DNA of 63,669 nt, the filler included, from Welwitschia mirabilis (lineage: Eukaryota): assembly GCA_051453625.1 (NCBI GenBank). It is 5 parts of one record of this genome, joined end to end, with 100 filler letters (N's around TTAATTAATTAA, not from the genome) between each part and the next. Parts side by side here need not be neighbours in the genome. Positions count along the whole stretch, not along the records: positions 17,868 to 36,060 come from JBOZIK010000001.1; positions 36,161 to 59,949 come from JBOZIK010000001.1; 3 more parts are not named here. The stretch is one strand, 5' to 3'. A program made the translations under genes and the position numbers. The notes beneath the pieces are model-generated. The model worked only from the letters and a program-made list of their open reading frames with translations, was not told the origin of the DNA and did no database searches. Shown piece by piece: positions 26,401 through 40,856 of the stretch (the first letter of the stretch is position 1; each line of letters starts with the position of its first letter).

Positions 26401-29400
26401 AGAATAGATACCATTTGATTAATTCTTTTATTAGCACTTTAATTTAATGTAAAATTTTATCAACTAGATGTTAGTTCAACCTTTTTAAATGGTATTTTAG
26501 AAGAAGAAGTATATGTAAATCAGCCAGTAGGTTTTGTGAAAAAGGCATGAAAAATCATGTTTACAGGTTGAAGAAGGCACTTTAATGGTCTTAAGTACAC
26601 TACTTTGTATAATCATCTACTCAAGAAAGGCTATACAAGTTACATTATAGAACTTACTTTGTTTCATAAGTAAGGATGATAAGGTAATCGTTTTTTCAAT
26701 TTATGTGGATGATGTTCTTTATTTAGAATCATGTCAAAAGCTATTAAATGAGTTCAAAAGAAAAATACAATAAGTTTTCAATATGAAATATTTGAAATAG
26801 CTATAATATTTTTTTAGCTTTGACTTTAAACAAAATAAGGAGGGCATTACATTTTATTAACGTAATATTTAAGAGATTTATTAAAGGAGTTTAACATGCA
26901 CAATGCAAATGTAGCAGCAATGCCATTACCATATGATTTTGGTAAAAGACAACAAGCACAAAATGTGAATGCAACATATTTTAGACAAATAATTATATCT
27001 TTAAGGTACCTTACATACTCTAGATTTAGAATTTCTAGTAAATGTTGTTTCAAGATACATGGCTAAATCAAATGAAGAATACTTGAAGGCAAAAACACAC
27101 GTTTTGAGATATGTCAAAGGAATCATAAATAAAGAATTGCAATTTACAAAAGGTATTAATACTTATAGTGATGCTAATTTAAAAGGATATTTGTAAGATA
27201 GAAAAATCACTTTAGGAGTAATGTTATTTCATGACTTGAATTTAATTTCTTGTAAATCTTGTAAGCACCAATGCATAAGTCTTTCTTCTACAAAATCTAA
27301 ATACATTACAATGTATGAAGCAGCAAAAACAATCATGTGAATTATGAAGGTAATAAAAAAACTTCATTTGAATGCAAATACTCCCATTCCATTATCTGTT
27401 AATAATGCTTTAGCATTAAATTTGAGAAAAAGTTAGTTATAACACAAAATAAGCAAACACATTAATATCAAGTACAACTACATCAAAGAGAAGGTAGATG
27501 ACAGAATAGTAATACTATAATATGTAAACATAAAAGTTGAAGTCATTAATCTTCTACCAAAGGCAATAAATAGAAAAAGAGTGGAAGATTTAATGTACAT
27601 TGCAAGTTTGATATACTTTCAAGTTAAAGGAGGAAATGTTAGTTATAGTTAACTTACAAGTTATTTTTTCATGTTTCATTCATCTGAGATGTTTCTCAAA
27701 ATTGATAGATGATATAGAAGTTGTAGGATCTCAAAGAAAATGTTTTAAAAGATGTGGACCTCTATTTTGTAAATCTTCCTTATTATAATTATTATCTTTA
27801 ATTGAGGTAAAGGGAATTCTAAGGGGTTCTTTATAAAATTTTTATATATAGTGTATTGAAAGAACTGCTATTGAGATATCTGAAATAGAGGAGAAGCATT
27901 CTTGATGTTAAGCATCTTGTATTTCATCTAATTCTGCTACTTTTACATCTCTTCTACATTTATTCTTTGATTACTTTCTTATCATTAGTGCTACAAGCTT
28001 CATTTTATTTTTGATAAAGAGTATTTGTGATATATTTTAAGAGGAAAAATAGTTTTTTAAAAGGTACAGCCATTTTCATATTCTCTGAGTTTCTTATTTT
28101 AATCTTTTCAGATTCTACAATTATTTCTTTATCAAAATAGCTCAAAACATTATTTTATTATGGTTTTTTTTTGTAAATCTAAGATTAATCTCTATCCTTT
28201 AAGGTTAAACCTCAGTATTTCTAGTAAAAACCACACTCTATTTTTTCATTTTTAGATGTCTTAAGTTGCTAATTTTATTTGGTACATTATAAAAGCAAAA
28301 CGGGTCCTTTTAGTTACATAGGTCCTAAGCCCTGGCTTCCTTCATATGAAGACAACTTGCATTACTCCAAATATTCTCCTTCCTTACCAACACATAGAGA
28401 AATGATTTATGAAGAAGCCTGTGCATTCAATCAAAGACCTGATACTTTCAAAATTAATCAACAATTCCAATCATGAATTATGCGATCACAACCAGCCTTC
28501 AAATCCTCTTTTGATAATGGATATAGAAGTAACAACTTTTAGCCTAACAACTTTCAGTCTAATAACTTTCAACCCAACAATTTTAAATCCAATAATTTTA
28601 AGACCAACTATCCCAACTATATTAATAATTATTCTCTTAGAGAGTTAATTAAGAAATTAAATAAAATACAAGAGGACACCAACAAGAATATGGAGAACAT
28701 GATAAGTATATTTTAATAAACCATGGAATTAAAGACCTAAAGGATTCCTTGCAACCCAAGTTATTTCCAATTTAAATGATGTTAAAAAGGATTAAAAGAT
28801 AGTGATAAGAAGTGAATACGATACAACTCCCAATGAAGCAGTCCCACTTCTCACAACCAAAAAGATCAAAACCATGATAATGACATAGAAATTCTTGATC
28901 TATCTTTTCTTTAGCTCTTAAAGAAAAATTCAATCACAACTCAACCAATGAAAACATGAGAAATAAACTCATAACTCCTTAGTTAGAAAGATTAAATACT
29001 AATACTACCTATAATAATTATCTTAAGGTAATTATGCAAGAAGTGAGCATAAACCTATCTTTCTGAAAAATATTACAACATAATCCTAGATACAACAAAA
29101 TCTAGAAGGACTTAGTGAAGAGAAAATAGAAAAAATCCATATCAAGTAGGGTGTCCGTTGAACAATCTCTTTTTTAATTAGTAGCATACAAATATCCAAA
29201 ATTTAAAGACTCAGGGCCTACCACAGTTAGTGTTATCTTAAAAGAAAATACAAAGATAAAAAAAGCACTAATAAATGTAGGAGCTAGTGTCTTATGTTAT
29301 TTCACATTTGTATAAAATTTGGACTAGAAAATAGGATTGAATTAATAAAAATTATGGATGCAGTTCTTAAAATCCAATTAAAGTTATTAAAGATCTAGTC

Positions 29401-30582
29401 ATACAAGCTGAATAGGCCTTTTACCCTATAGATGTGCTCATTATTGATATATAATACAATGGAGAATACCCTTTACTTTTAGAAAAAGCTTTTTGTGTGA
29501 TAGTCCATTGCGTTATTAACACATAAACATGAATGATGGAATGTCATATAGGGAATAAAAAATTTATTATTAGAGTCTTTAATGCAATAGAAAAAGATAT
29601 GGAAGAAGATTCTAATCTTGAGCAACGAATTAGATCCTTAATGCTTATCTAACATCATCCTTTAGAATAAAGTCTCTTTACTTTACACAATCTAACTTTA
29701 TTTGATGACCTTGCAGAATGTGAAGAAATCTTGGGAAGCCTTAGTTCCTTCAATCCATGTAATCGTAATAATGATCTCTTGGATAATAACTTAAATGAAG
29801 AAAGAAAGAAAAAATTTGAATATCTTATTAATCATGATATTCAAGATGTTAAAACTATAAAAAACCTCCTACATCAAGAACAAATTTCAAAAACAATAAG
29901 GGATAATTCTGATTTAGAACTTATAGAATTACAAAATGGATTGAAATACATATTTTTGAAGAATAACCTTCAAAAACTCTTGATCATTAATGCATGTCTT
30001 CATCCTTATCAAGAAGAAACACATGCTTTTACTTGAACTTACAAAGATCATTTAGCCAGTTCTCCTTTCATTATTTAGCATTAAATTTATTTGGAAAGTA
30101 ATGCCAAACCCATTATATAACCAATAAAGGAGACTTAACCCTCCTCTTAACGAAGTAGTAAAAGAAGAAATTATCAAATTTATACATGCAGGAATCATTT
30201 ATGTCATATTTGATAGTGAATGGATTAGTCCTATTATGATAGTATCAAAAAAAGTTGGGAACTAGTAAATTTGCATTAATTTTAGAAATCTTAGTGATGT
30301 GACCAAAAAATATATTGTCCCTTGTCACTTCTAGATTAAATTCTTGATAGGACTCATAATGATGCATATTATTGTTTTGTTAATGGATATAATGATTACA
30401 ATTAAGTGTGCACAGCCAATGAAGATCAAGTTAAGACAATTCTCACCTCTCCTTTTAGTACCTTTGCTTTTAGAAGAATGCCATTTAGTTTATGTAATAC
30501 ACCTGAAACCTTCTAAAGAGTCATGATGGGTATCTTTTTAAACATAATTAAGGAGTCAATAGAAATATTCATGAATGACTAT
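20406..30582 (+). mobile_element. Athila-like Ty3/gypsy gag-protease-RT pseudogene, split by the copia and cut off at the RT catalytic motif
   Basis: The gag knuckle YETC|EDNLHYSKYSPSL is restored by removing the copia. Protease KDSGP...KALINVGASV (~29205-29290). RT NPPLNEVVKEEIIK..AGIIY..DSEWISPI and FAFRRMPFSLCNTPETF, ending at EIFMNDY (30562-30582). Confidence 0.88.
21008..28344 (+). mobile_element. Full-length but decayed Ty1/copia LTR retrotransposon
   Basis: LTRs start TGTTAGTTATAGTTAACTTA (21008, 27637) and end CTTCA (22321, 28344). PBS TAGTATCAAAGC 22324-22335; PPT AAAGGAGGAAA 27626-27636; TSD TGTGA/TATGA. Domains in copia order: gag, PR WILDSSCSNH (~23708), LWHATLGH, integrase, RT KARLVAK and YVDD (26702-26713), RNase H YSDA. 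Confidence 0.95.
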
Positions 30583-33500
30583 TGTGGTGCACATTTATAC
30601 AAACATTACATTTTTAAATAAATCTTGTAAATCATAAATATATAAATTTTGCATAACACAACATACTAATATAGATGGGAGTGACCCAAATGTCATATTC
30701 TCATTGGAGGTATAAGTGAGAAGAAACATAATTGATTTCAAAAATGAAACACTATGTATCTTTAAAGTAGAACAAAACAACAATGCAGAATTAATAATAC
30801 AAATAAACATACTATGCAAATAAAATGCAAAACTATACTAAATGCAATTTTTGTCCAATTACCAAATCAACTTATCACAGAGATTAGTCTTGTATAATCT
30901 ACATCAATCAAGAAAAGCTATAATCAGATCAAGGCCAACCTAAGCTATCAAATAGATTAAATAAAATATGAAAACAATGCAAAGTTAATCTAAGAAAGGA
31001 AACATAGTGTATTTAAACTAACAATGTCAACCTTAACAAAGAAGCTGTCAAGGAATCAAAAGCAACATAAACCATAAGGAATATACACAAAATAAAAGAT
31101 ATAAAAATAAAAATAGAGTTTTGATTAAAAGCAAACCAACATTTGTGTTACAANNNNNNNNNNAAAATAACAATGCAGAAGTAATAATACAAATAAACAT
31201 ACTATGCAAATAAAATGCAAAACTATACTAAATGTAATTTTTGCCTAATTACCAAATCAACTTGTCACAGAGATTAGTCTTGTATAACCTACATCAATCA
31301 AGAAAAGCTATAATCAAATCAAGGCTAACCTAAGTTATCAAATACATTAAATAAAATATGAAAACAATGCAAAGTTAACCTAAGAAAGGAAACGTAGTAT
31401 ACTTAAACTAACAATGTCAACCTTAACAAAGATTTCCCTTGTAATCTATATCACCAAAGAAGCTATCACGGAATCAAAAGCAACATAAACCATAAGGGAT
31501 ATACACAAAATAAAAGATATGAAAAGAAAAATAGAGTTTTGATTCAAAGCAAACCAACATTTGTGTTACAAAGTAGTAGCACCTCAATAAAGNNNNNNNN
31601 NNNNNNNNNNNNNNNNNNNNNNNNNNNNNNNNNNNNNNNNNNNNNNNNNNNNNNNNNNNNNNNNNNNNNNNNNNNNNNNNNNNNNNNNNNNNGGATACAC
31701 ATCCCAACACTAAGGAAGATCCCTATGTAGCAATAATGGATGGACCTATGATCCTTTAATATCTTGTCATGAGAATTTTTCATGCAAATGAAGATAAAAG
31801 TAGAGTCAAAGGCAGAGAAGGTATTTCTTACAAAATAGACTCTAAAATCAGAAAAAACTAATAGATGTACAAACAACTCTAACAACCATGCAAGAAAGTG
31901 TGAGACAAATGGCCAAAGTTTNNNNNNNNNNNNNNNNNNNNNNNNNNNNNNNNNNNNNNNNNNNNNNNNNNNNNNNNNNNNNNNNNNNNNNNNNNNNNNN
32001 NNNNNNNNNNNNNNNNNNNNNTGTATAAACAACTCTAACAACCATGCAAGAAAGTATGAGACAAATGGCCAAAGTTTGTTGAAGTTTGGTGAAGCATTTA
32101 TCTCAGGTGTCATCCTACTGGTCATCTAGAAATCACAAGAGATAATGCCATCTCATAAGAGTTCCACATTAGCTCCCGAATTGATCTAGTTGGCATCCTT
32201 CTTAGCTTAAGTGTTTTTATCGTCCACACAGTTATCCAAATGATGAGGTGGATGATAGGATTTTCTAAAGCATTTCATGTGTTTCNNNNNNNNNNACATT
32301 TGCCTTAGTTTTTTATTAGCATTGAAAACTTAGCATAAACCTGTCTAATGTGTTGTAAAACTACTCAAACTACCCCATCATATACATATAATTTGGCAAC
32401 ACAACATAGGCCCCCACTTAGTCTTATTAGTCCCTAACAAAACCAGGTAAATAACCATGATTGAAAACCAAATTATCTAATAATAAATCAATTAAAGAAT
32501 TATGAATTAAGCTCAAAAATATTTTTAGAAATCTCAGAATATGAAATAGAAATGTTAAAAATAGATAATTGAATATTTTACCTATGTAGTGCAACTGGAT
32601 GTATTGTCATCCTAGTGGTCTCCCAGACGATGTAGGGGACGACAGTCTTAAAAATGGATCTTGAATAATAGAAGCATACAAATTTTTTTAAAGAAAAATA
32701 ATCATTAAATATATAGATAATTAATATCCCCTCACTAAAATGTATAACAGATAAGAAATAATCATGGATAATATAAATAGTCTTCATCATGAAGTGTAAA
32801 AATGATATGTAAAAATATGCATAAAATCCAATAATAAAAACATACACCATGCTAATACAATATATGGAGGAAGACATACAAAAATACAACAGTGAGAAGT
32901 CACTCCTTTCATCTAGTCATAATGAACTCCTAGTGGACGATAGGCTCAGATGCAGGATGAGAAGAGGGAGAATGCTCAAGATCAGCAGGGAAATGATAGT
33001 CAAGTTATGTCATGATAGTCTTTGCCATATTGTCTCTCTTTACTTGCACTATCTTTGGAAGATCCACTATTACACTATGCTTTATATGTAGGACATACTA
33101 TCGCATATCCATCAGCTACTTCTTAGTGTGTTATACTCTTCTCTTAACCATCTAGATCCTCTACTCTAATGTAGAGATGCCTCAGTCTACAATGCCTCTG
33201 ATAGTATTAGTGGTCTCTATTAAGAGGGTCTAAATCTACTTAAGTAAAGCACCAACCATAGGTCTCTGAACCTAAGGTCTCTCTACCTCTCTTGGTACAT
33301 GTATGTTTATGTCCTATAGGTAATTAATTGAAGTATGTATGTGCATGAATCACTACTCATCTACAGGCTCTAGTATGTTGAACATCTAAACATAGCTGAG
33401 AGGAGGCACAAATATCCCAGAGTCTGAAGTTGTCATGCCTCTATCATAGACCTGAATATCCTCCATATGAATGTGGGTAAGTTCATCTGCTTACCCTGGT

Positions 33501-34135
33501 TGAATACTACTAATATTTGTAAATACACCACCATCGCATAACTATTATGAAAAGATGGATTGATGTTATGAATAAGTTCTCTATGCAAAATTAGATAGGC
33601 AAGAGTCAACTGTGTTATAAAAACACCCATGCTATCTAGAGTCAAATTCACTAGTATGTCTAATGTTACACTGTACATATAGTACTTCTCTGTTCTGCCA
33701 GCTGAATATATATGAATGCTTCCAATACCATCAAGATATGTTATTGCTGCAATGTGGTTTAGAAGGACAATAACCTCATTTTCTGAAATCATGGCTACAA
33801 TCATATCTACTAGCTCGCCATGGGCATTGGAACGATGCTNNNNNNNNNNNNNNNNNNNNNNNNNNNNNNNNNNNNNNNNNNNNNNNNNNNNNNNNNNNNN
33901 NNNNNNNNNNNNNNNNNNNNNNNNNNNNNNNNNNNNNNNTGTAGTGAAAAATACAAAAAGGATTATTACCCCCTCTGTTATTCCCACAACAGCCAGGATG
34001 ATAGCACTGTAGATGCCACATAAGAATGCTAACATGGACTAGAGCTAGGACTACTGGATCATCTTTTCTAAATGGTTGTTGTCCACTCATGTCATTTGGA
34101 TAATAGCTAGGATAATAGTTATAACTACCAGCCAA
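30583..34135 (-). mobile_element. Athila-like gypsy 3' portion: accessory ORF remnant, PPT and 3' LTR (30583-32406)
   Basis: Minus-strand PPT CTAAGTGGGGG precedes LTR start TGTTGTGTTGCC (32406); LTR ends GCACCACA (30583). LTR is related to those ending at 34802, 42713 and 56137. Confidence 0.8.
33433..34135 (-). pseudogene. LTR-retrotransposon accessory ORF (putative plant transposon protein / Athila extra-ORF type)
   Basis: YLILHRELIHNINPSFHNS....LQILVVFNQGKQMNLPTFIWRIF fits the R-LH...I-P..H...G--+NL--+I pattern; located between pol and PPT. Confidence 0.6.
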
Positions 34136-36060
34136 CCTTTATCCATTTTGTCCATTTCTTTCTTGTAATTGAGTGTGTTTCATAGTACCTTTTATATGTC
34201 ATTTTTATTTCTCAACCCTATAAATAAGAACCTCCTTTGACTCTCCTCTCCATCTTTGATACATTAGAAATTCTCATAACAGAAGATTGAAGGGTGGGAG
34301 ATCCATCTTGAAAGCTACAAAAAAGCATTCCCTTGGTGAAGGGCTATGCATTCTTCTTGAAGCTCAGCTATTTTATAACCCAGATGCTAGTTTCATTTAA
34401 TATAAAACTCTATTTTCATTTATGCATTTAGTTCTGTTAAACGTTTTTTATGGTTTATGTTGCCCTTAATCCAATAACAGTTTTATTAGTGATATATATC
34501 TTAAGTACAACCTTTGTTAAGGATAAAATAAAGTAGTTTAGATTTATTTTGTATTGCATTTATATTTAGTTGCATTTTCATTTGCATTGCATCTTTATTT
34601 CCTGCATTTTTCTTAAAATTTAGTTATAATATTCTTTTTAGAAATCAATCTTTATTCTTCTCTCATAAGTATTCGATTGATTAAGACATTCAAGTTAACT
34701 CCTATCTATATTAGTGTGTTGTGTTATGTAGATATCTATTTTTAATTGTAAATGATAAGATCTTTGTGAGAATAATTGTTTGCATAAATATGTACCATAA
34801 CATCTTGGCACTATTGCCAAGGAAAACTACTGAGGAGCATGAGAATTTTTGTCATTTGAGTGAGTAAATTATATTTTTATTTGATTATTTATTTATAGCG
34901 ATGTTATATTTTGAATTAGGAATTTTTGGTTTTTAATTTTTGGTTTTTAGATTTTTGGTTTTTCAGTTTTTAGTTCTTTTGGTTTTTGATTTTCAGTTTT
35001 TAGTTTTTTGATTTTCGATTTTTTATAGTCTATAATAATAGTTGTCATCCTTCTTGTCGTCCCCACAATAAGGTGGAAAACTAGTTACTTTGTATTTTTT
35101 ACCATATGTATTTGGATTTTGGATTGTAGTTTTCTATTACCATAATACTAATTTTGTCATCTCCTATGTCATTCACATGACTAGAAGGATGACAATTTAT
35201 GTATTTTTTGCTTTCGACTTTCTGCTCTGTTGAATTTTTGGTTTTTGTATTCGTCTTCCTCTCTATCATTTTCATGATAGTCAAGATGACTATTTGTTAT
35301 TTTTTATTTTATTTTCTNNNNNNNNNNNNNNNNNNNNNNNNNNNNNNNNNNNNNNNNNNNNNNNNNNNNNNNNNNNNNNNNNNNNNNNNNNNNNNNNNNN
35401 NNNNNNNNNNNNNNNNNNNNNNNNNNNNNNNNNNNNNNNNNNNNNNNNNNNNNNNNNNNNNNNNNNNNNNNNNNNNNNNNNNNNNNNNNNNNNNNNNNNN
35501 NNNNNNNNNNNNNNNNNNNNNNNNNNNNNNNNNNNNNNNNNNNNNNNNNNNNNNNNNNNNNNNNNNNNNNNNNNNNNNNNNNNNNNNNNNNNNNNNNNNN
35601 NNNNNNNNNNNNNNNNNNNNNNNNNNNNNNNNNNNNNNNNNNNNNNNNNNNNNNNNNNNNNNNNNNNNNNNNNNNNNNNNNNNNNNNNNNNNNNNNNNNN
35701 NNNNNNNNNNNNNNNNNNNNNNNNNNNNNNNNNNNNNNNNNNNNNNNNNNNNNNNNNNNNNNNNNNNNNNNNNNNNNNNNNNNNNNNNNNNNNNNNNNNN
35801 NNNNNNNNNNNNNNNNNNNNNNATGATAATATTTCCCATGATATTGAAGGGAAGATTAAAACTTTGGCTAAAAACTATACTCCAAAAAATTTTAAAATAT
35901 TGGAATCAAGTCTAGGAAGCCTTCACTAAGAAATTTACGAGTGAAGCAACCATTAGAAAAAGAAAAAAAGAAGTGACAAACTTTCAACAACAATGAAATG
36001 AAGATTATGCTTCCACATATGAACGCTTCTTTCTAGTAGTCCACTCTAATCCAGTAGATG
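34136..36060 (+). mobile_element. Athila-like gypsy: 5'-truncated LTR (to 34802), PBS, leader and gag fragment
   Basis: TATAAATA at ~34219; LTR end ATAACA 34802; PBS TGGCACTATTGCCAAGGA 34806-34823; gag-like KKEVTNFQQQ*NEDY..TYERF near 35965-36030. Confidence 0.75.
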
Positions 36061-36160
36061 NNNNNNNNNNNNNNNNNNNNNNNNNNNNNNNNNNNNNNNN
36101 NNNNTTAATTAATTAANNNNNNNNNNNNNNNNNNNNNNNNNNNNNNNNNNNNNNNNNNNN

Positions 36161-36666
36161 AAAAACCTTAAGGGCTTTACATTGGATTGGATTTTTGGAA
36201 AGGAAGGTTTGATTCTTGATCTAAATGTCTTATCTGTGTATTATCACTCTTCTCTCACTCAGCACTTATCTTTGTATGATCTGAGCATTAAGGCTCCATT
36301 GCTAGTTCTTTTACTTAAGTGGTCTAGAGCATTGAGGCTTCATTCTTTCACTCACCGTTATGCATTTCTGAAGGTTGAGACTTATCCTAGAAAAGTCCGC
36401 TTTGTAAGGGTTACAGGTGAACCTGGAAAAATTTATAAAGTAACAGAGATCCGAGATCAAGCTTGGGAGAAGCTGATCATCGAGAGTGGAGTAGGATGTA
36501 TCCCGAACCACTATAAATCTTGTCTTGTGCTTTTATTTTGGTTTTTCTTTTTTATTTCATTTTGTTACATCTTTTTATGTAGAGTTCCTTTTGATAGTAA
36601 TAATCGTTTAAATTTTTCAAAAGTTCTATTCACCCCCTTTTCCCCTTTAGGTTTCACAATCCTACA
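36161..36666 (+). mobile_element. Sirevirus (SIRE/Maximus copia)-type LTR, 3' half
   Basis: CCCGAACCACTATAAATC and CTATTCACCCCC...TAGG motifs; ends CCTACA; no PBS follows. Confidence 0.75.
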
Positions 36667-37775
36667 CTTTCTACTGATGCATGTAAATGTTCTTAATTAG
36701 GCATATAGAAGAGTTCATGATGTATTTCCTAATCATAAACATAAAAAAGACGTAGATTATAAGAAAACATGTTAAAAGTTATGCAGGTCTAGGCCTTAAT
36801 TATCTAAAATAGTATGAATTATGTCTGAAAAATAATAGATTTAACATTAAAGTATGAATTACTTAGTGTCATGTATTTTAATATAATGTTATATTTAGAT
36901 AAAAAACCTAGTTTAGTTATTAACTTTAATAACCTTAAAATGCTAAAGTTGCTTATTATGAAAAGTAATGCTTCGACATCCTAGTTAATCACAACTTAAA
37001 ATGCATTAGCTAAGTGGTTTACTAAAATTTTAAACTATTAAGGAGAAACATTATTTACACATGATATGAAGAGGATAAAAATATAACAGCTTTAATAACA
37101 TAATTTAATTCATACGAATAAGAGGATATTAAACTTAAAGTTTTTAATAAACACATCTTGCTTAGGAATACAACCATAATGGTTGTCTAAACAAATGATT
37201 TAATTATTATGAGGACCTTATAGAAGTTTTAATATCAATTAAGGCATCCAAAGGTTTCAATCCTCGACTGATACTCGACCTCTTCTAGAAAAATTACATC
37301 TATTTCTATGTAATATCCTACTAAATTCTTCTAAGTAAGTTATTAGGAGCAATGAAGGTATCAAGAATGTTATGTATTTAAGTAGATTCTATTTAACATG
37401 TATATGTTAATTTACTATCTTTTTAGAATAACAAATAATACATTAGATAGTGTTAAGAAAATAATTATAACATATTTTAATATCTAATAGCAAAACCTAG
37501 TATAATTATCAAAAGAACTTAGCAACTATCAATAAATAAAGTTATCGTTTTATACAAGTGTTGTAAAACAAATTGATATTACTAATTCTGATTAATTCTT
37601 TGCATGTTTAGCATGTTTAAAACTCCTAAAAGTTTTAAACACAAGAGTGAATTCTTAAAATCTCACAATTCTCTTAAAAGGACCTCTTTCAATGACGCTA
37701 AGATAGCTTGTAAAGGCATCAAAGAGTTGTTATAAGGTCTTAAAACANNNNNNNNNNNNNNNNNNNNNNNNNNNN

Positions 37776-37851
<76 letters not shown>
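37776..37851. repeat. (CA)n(TA)n microsatellite
   Basis: Read directly. Confidence 0.95.
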
Positions 37852-38300
37852 CTCAAATATGTAAGTACACCATTGTTTGATGATGATTATCAAATAAATA
37901 ACATTTCCATGGTTATAATGTATAAAGGACAACTGTAACAATTTTAATTAGTCATCCTTTGATGATGTGTTACATTATTTGTCTTTCTACTAGAAGCAAT
38001 GGATAACTTTCAATTCTCTATTCTCCTGGATTCTTGTACCTACTTCATAAAATATAATTAAGTTTACTTATTCTAATTTACTAGTTTTCTTATATTAAAA
38101 GAAAATACATTTATTCATTTTATATTATATATTTACAATGAAGAAAAATAATTATATAATTATACATATAACCAAATATGTTTGAAACATTTTTGAAATT
38201 GCAATTTAAGATTTATTAGTCTCTTAGCAAATACCAACTAGAAACATTATGATGCACAACCCTCAAAATATATAATCATAAATGATTAAGTATTGCTAAT

Positions 38301-38470
38301 GAAATGGTAGTCTAGCTAGTGGGATACTTATCCTTTATTTGGGAGGCTAAGGGCTTAAACCTTTAAATGCCTTACTTGGCACACTGTAAGGACCTTAGTG
38401 TACTGTAATCATTTGTTTAGACCACAATGGCAGTTGTTCTTCTAGATAGACGTAGAATTACTAAAAATGC
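38301..38470 (+). mobile_element. tRNA-derived SINE-like element (same family as 8925)
   Basis: ATGGTAGTCTAGCTAGTGGGATACTTATCC...GGGCTTAAACC aligns with the 8925 copy. Confidence 0.5.
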
Positions 38471-38749
38471 TTTAACATTCCCCTAATAAATGATTAAATA
38501 CTTGATCAAAATGATTCATAATTAATACTCACTTATTCATATAAGTCCTCTCTAAAGAAAAACATATGAAAATGTTGTTAAAACAACCACTCATAGATTT
38601 TATTCAACTTGATTTTTAATAATAAACTAAATAAAGATAGGACTAGATTAAGCTATTTAAAATTAATAGATAAGACTATACTAAGCTATTTAAAATTAAT
38701 AGAGTATAGCATCAATCATTCCTATAGAATATAAAACATTAAATAAAAG

Positions 38750-39650
38750 ATTTTTCTTAAGAATTTATATTTTTCCAATTATTCATTGTAAAGGTTCTTA
38801 TCTTCTGCTACTTTTTTAAGCTCTATCAGCACTTATGATTTTTTCATTTTTATTTTTGTAGTGGTTTGAATGATTCCTACTATACTTTTATAAACCAAAA
38901 ATTATTAAAATTAATTTATTCATCTTCTTGTTCATCTTAGAAGAAGATTTTCTATTTTGTTCTCTTTTTAGGAACTAAGGTTTTAGTTAAGAAATGAATC
39001 TCTTTTTAGGATTATTAACTAAAGGTGAATATAGACATTTTCCTCCTTTTAATAAGCCTATTATCAAATCCACTAAATTTTTTTTTTTAAGTTATAACTT
39101 TTAGGCTTTTTTTTAAGCATTGAGAAATATTTTCAATTTTTCTATGGTAATATATATGCTAAGGTAAATATTATCAAATGGAATTTTTAGCATCATAAAC
39201 TTATTAGTGAATACAAATTTTTTTCTCTAAGAGGTATCATTTTGGTGAAATTACATAAAAAATATTCTTTTGAAAAAGTTTAAATGGTGAATATGCATGT
39301 GTTTAATTATCACAATATAAATGTTAGAAAGGATTTGCACAAGAAAAAAATTTAAGGCTTGAGCAAAATAATAAAATAAATATATTTTTTTAAGCTATAA
39401 ATAAAAATGTAAATATAAAAATTACCTAAGTTGTAAATGTTAAGAAAATTATGAATGACAAAATCAAAAATTAAAAAATTATGCTTAATTACCATTTAGA
39501 TTTTAGGAGTGCTATCTTGTTATTATGAAAATATAAAATCTAGCCTATAAATGATGCTATAATTCAAAATTTAAACAAAGAATTCTCAAAATGGAAATCA
39601 TTGTTATAGGTCTCTAAAACATTTTTTTCTTGTTCTTAACTTCTTTAAGT
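38750..39650 (-). pseudogene. Extremely decayed LINE RT fragment
   Basis: Minus-strand remnants LF++..Q.L, YCDN (YADD-like) and IPFD..YL.IY occur in LINE ORF2 order. Confidence 0.35.
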
Positions 39651-40856
39651 GATAAAGAATTAATATCAAACTAGCCTTGACCTCCTCCTAAAGGAAATAT
39701 AAAAATGAAAAGACAATTTGAAATGACTACACAATAAACTTTCTAGTGGCACATAATGTGGTATTTATAGATTTAGAATTAGGTTTATTAATGACTAATC
39801 TCACTTTTAATAATAAGTAAAGTTTCATATTTATTATAATAATTATGATCTTACTAGTTAAATTTAAAGATCACAAGAATTTAGAAATTATTCCTCTCTT
39901 TCTTTAAAAATAATATTAAGGTTTTCATAACATTAAAAAAAATATAAGTTTTTCTCTTTCATTTGGCCACTTATTTGAAGGAAAACCAAACTTCGTTTGA
40001 AAGGTATTTTCTAGGTCTAGTAAATTACCTTTATAGTATTAAGTTTCATCATGTAGTTATTTTGTTTTTAAAATATATCCTACATTTTAAATCTTAATAA
40101 AAACAAGGATTAAAATCACTCAAAGTCTTTTAATATTTTTCCTATGACTCTTATAAAATGACACAACCTTCTATCTAAATCAATTTTACTTGATATTTGT
40201 TGCAATGCCAAATTTTATGTATTTAATGAGGTATTTTGAGTACTTTTTAATAACATTTATATAAGTTTAGATGGAATTCTAATGATTATGAGGAGTCGAT
40301 TGGATGATCACAGAAACACATAATTCTTGGCATATTTAAAGGTACCATAAGTATATTCTAATACTTAGCATTTTGAAGAAAAGATCAATGATGCAGAAGG
40401 CTAATTTCTCGTAGTTGGAAAGATAAGGAATTTATCGTCCCCTTTATCATCCCCATGACAGATAAGATGACATTGATGTTGAAATTGACTAAAATTGTGG
40501 GGTTGATTATAAGGCTAGAAGTTGATAACTCATCTATTATTATAGGATATCATCCCCAATGTCATCTGAATGATAGTTAGAATAACAACTATTTTCTACA
40601 AATGAAATAAATTGTCTTTGTAATGGGGACATATGCCCTATGTGGGCTGCTAAGGTTTTATCTTTAACTTCTAAGGTTTTGTTTTTAAAACCTTTAATGT
40701 AAAACTATAAATGCCCCCTTTTCATTACTCCCAATTCATCTTTTTCTATCAGAAAGTCTTGTGATAGGAGATCGAAGGGTAAGAGATCCATCTTATCCTA
40801 AAGAGAGAAGTCTTTCTTGATGTTGAGCTGTGTATCCTCTATTGAGGTGTTGTTGC

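Noticed and set aside
36182-36700. 172-aa gap-free ORF
   Set aside because: Lies within a Sirevirus-type LTR; low-complexity F/L-rich translation.
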